Shown here: piece after piece, positions 63,403 to 64,000 of the stretch
Position numbering within the stretch: position 1 is the stretch's first letter
How the letters are laid out: each line of letters begins with the position of its first letter
DNA from: Anaerolineae bacterium
GTDB taxonomy: Bacteria > Chloroflexota > Anaerolineae > Aggregatilineales > UBA3940
Length of the DNA stretch: 64,000 nucleotides
Assembly: GCA_034435375.1 (NCBI GenBank)
Contig: DAOTXR010000052.1
Coordinates: 228,093 to 292,092 of the forward strand
Reading direction: 5' to 3'
Made by a program: the position numbers and the translations under genes
The notes under the pieces: generated by a model
The model's input: the letters and a program-made list of their open reading frames with translations, nothing else
What the model was told of the DNA's origin: nothing
Databases searched by the model: none

Positions 63403-64000
63403 CTATGACGACTCGACCCGCTGCTCGGCAGAAGGCAAACTGTCCAGACGTATCTGCTCTTCGCAAACCAGGCACCGCGCCCATTCCTTGTTTTGAACGA
63501 CCAACATACTGCCACACACCGGGCACGAGTCGGGCAGAGGACGTTTCCAACTGGTCCAGTCGCAAGCCGGATAGTTCGCACATCCGTAGAAGATGCGTTG
63601 CTTGCGGGTTTTGCGCTCGACGATCTCACCGCCACACTGAGGACAGGCGACGCCGATTCGCTCAAGCCAGGGTTCGGTGTAGCGGCAGTTCGGGAAGTCA
63701 GAACAGCCGATAAACTTGCCATAACGCCCCCAGCGGACGATGAGCGGATGGCCACAACGGGGGCAATCACGCCCGACGTTCTCGTCACCCAGGTCGACGT
63801 TAGGGGCCCGCACTCGTGCAGACTCGACCTCAGCCTTGAACGGCCAGTAGAAATCGCGCAGTACCGGAACCCAATCTTGCTCACCTGACGCAATGCGGTC
63901 TAAGTTGTCCTCCATACGGGCGGTGAAACTGACATCCACGATCTCTGCAAAGTACTGCACCAGGAGATCGTTGACGATTATGCCAGTCTCAGTCGGAAAA
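63403..64000 (-). CDS. topA: DNA topoisomerase I, C-terminal part (N-terminus beyond window)
   Basis: The frame is open to base 64000 (…TETGIIVNDLLVQYFAEIVDVSFTARMEDNLDRIASGE). Three C4 zinc ribbons follow: CPRCGHPL..CSDFPNC, CPQCGGEI..CANYPAC, CPVCGSML..CLVC. Confidence 0.9.
   Translation of the reverse strand, partial: FPTETGIIVNDLLVQYFAEIVDVSFTARMEDNLDRIASGEQDWVPVLRDFYWPFKAEVESARVRAPNVDLGDENVGRDCPRCGHPLIVRWGRYGKFIGCSDFPNCRYTEPWLERIGVACPQCGGEIVERKTRKQRIFYGCANYPACDWTSWKRPLPDSCPVCGSMLVVQNKEWARCLVCEEQIRLDSLPSAEQRVESS

Overview
GC-rich bacterial chromosomal window with about 50 protein genes, 2 tRNA genes and several strong stem-loops between genes. I saw no rRNA, CRISPR array, transposase, integrase, prophage or recognisable defence genes. 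The gene content (Hanks kinases, FHA, WD40, LysM, MalT-like LuxR, Thr/Pro-rich linkers, bacterial-type CODH/ACS) looks like Chloroflexota or a similar lineage, but that is a weak inference. There are two landmarks. (1) dnaA lies at 43274-44680 (-), followed by a 565-bp non-coding stretch with a 30% GC tract and several inverted repeats. This stretch is flanked by tRNA-Val and tRNA-Gly genes that carry near-consensus sigma70-type promoters, so it is a candidate oriC, although I found no canonical DnaA-box cluster. (2) A 13-kb plus-strand Wood-Ljungdahl carbonyl-branch cluster spans 48770-61729: HMA-like protein, cooS/acsA, acsB, CBS-pair protein, acsD, acsC, a 500-bp gap with a Cys-rich small ORF, acsV/RACo, acsE and a fused metV-metF. 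The least explained parts are accessory. They include an HMA-fold protein with GDHH in place of the CxxC motif that is translationally coupled to cooS, and the apparent absence of a CooC/AcsF nickel-insertion ATPase. They also include the CBS gene set off by a 12-bp hairpin, and the unannotated Cys-rich ORF. Other points worth a second look are a REC-CpaE-like protein lacking both Walker-A lysines next to a REC protein with a degenerate GGDEF domain. There is also an FHA-DUF58-transglutaminase operon with no MoxR ATPase. A membrane protein sits upstream of a STAND/LuxR regulator. A divergent SGNH paralog pair has one copy with Ser replaced by Cys. The remaining points are a hydrolase-thpR-Mut7C-rsfS gene string and a 430-aa membrane protein I cannot place. 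Many long ORFs in the six-frame track are antisense shadows typical of high-GC DNA, and I rejected them.
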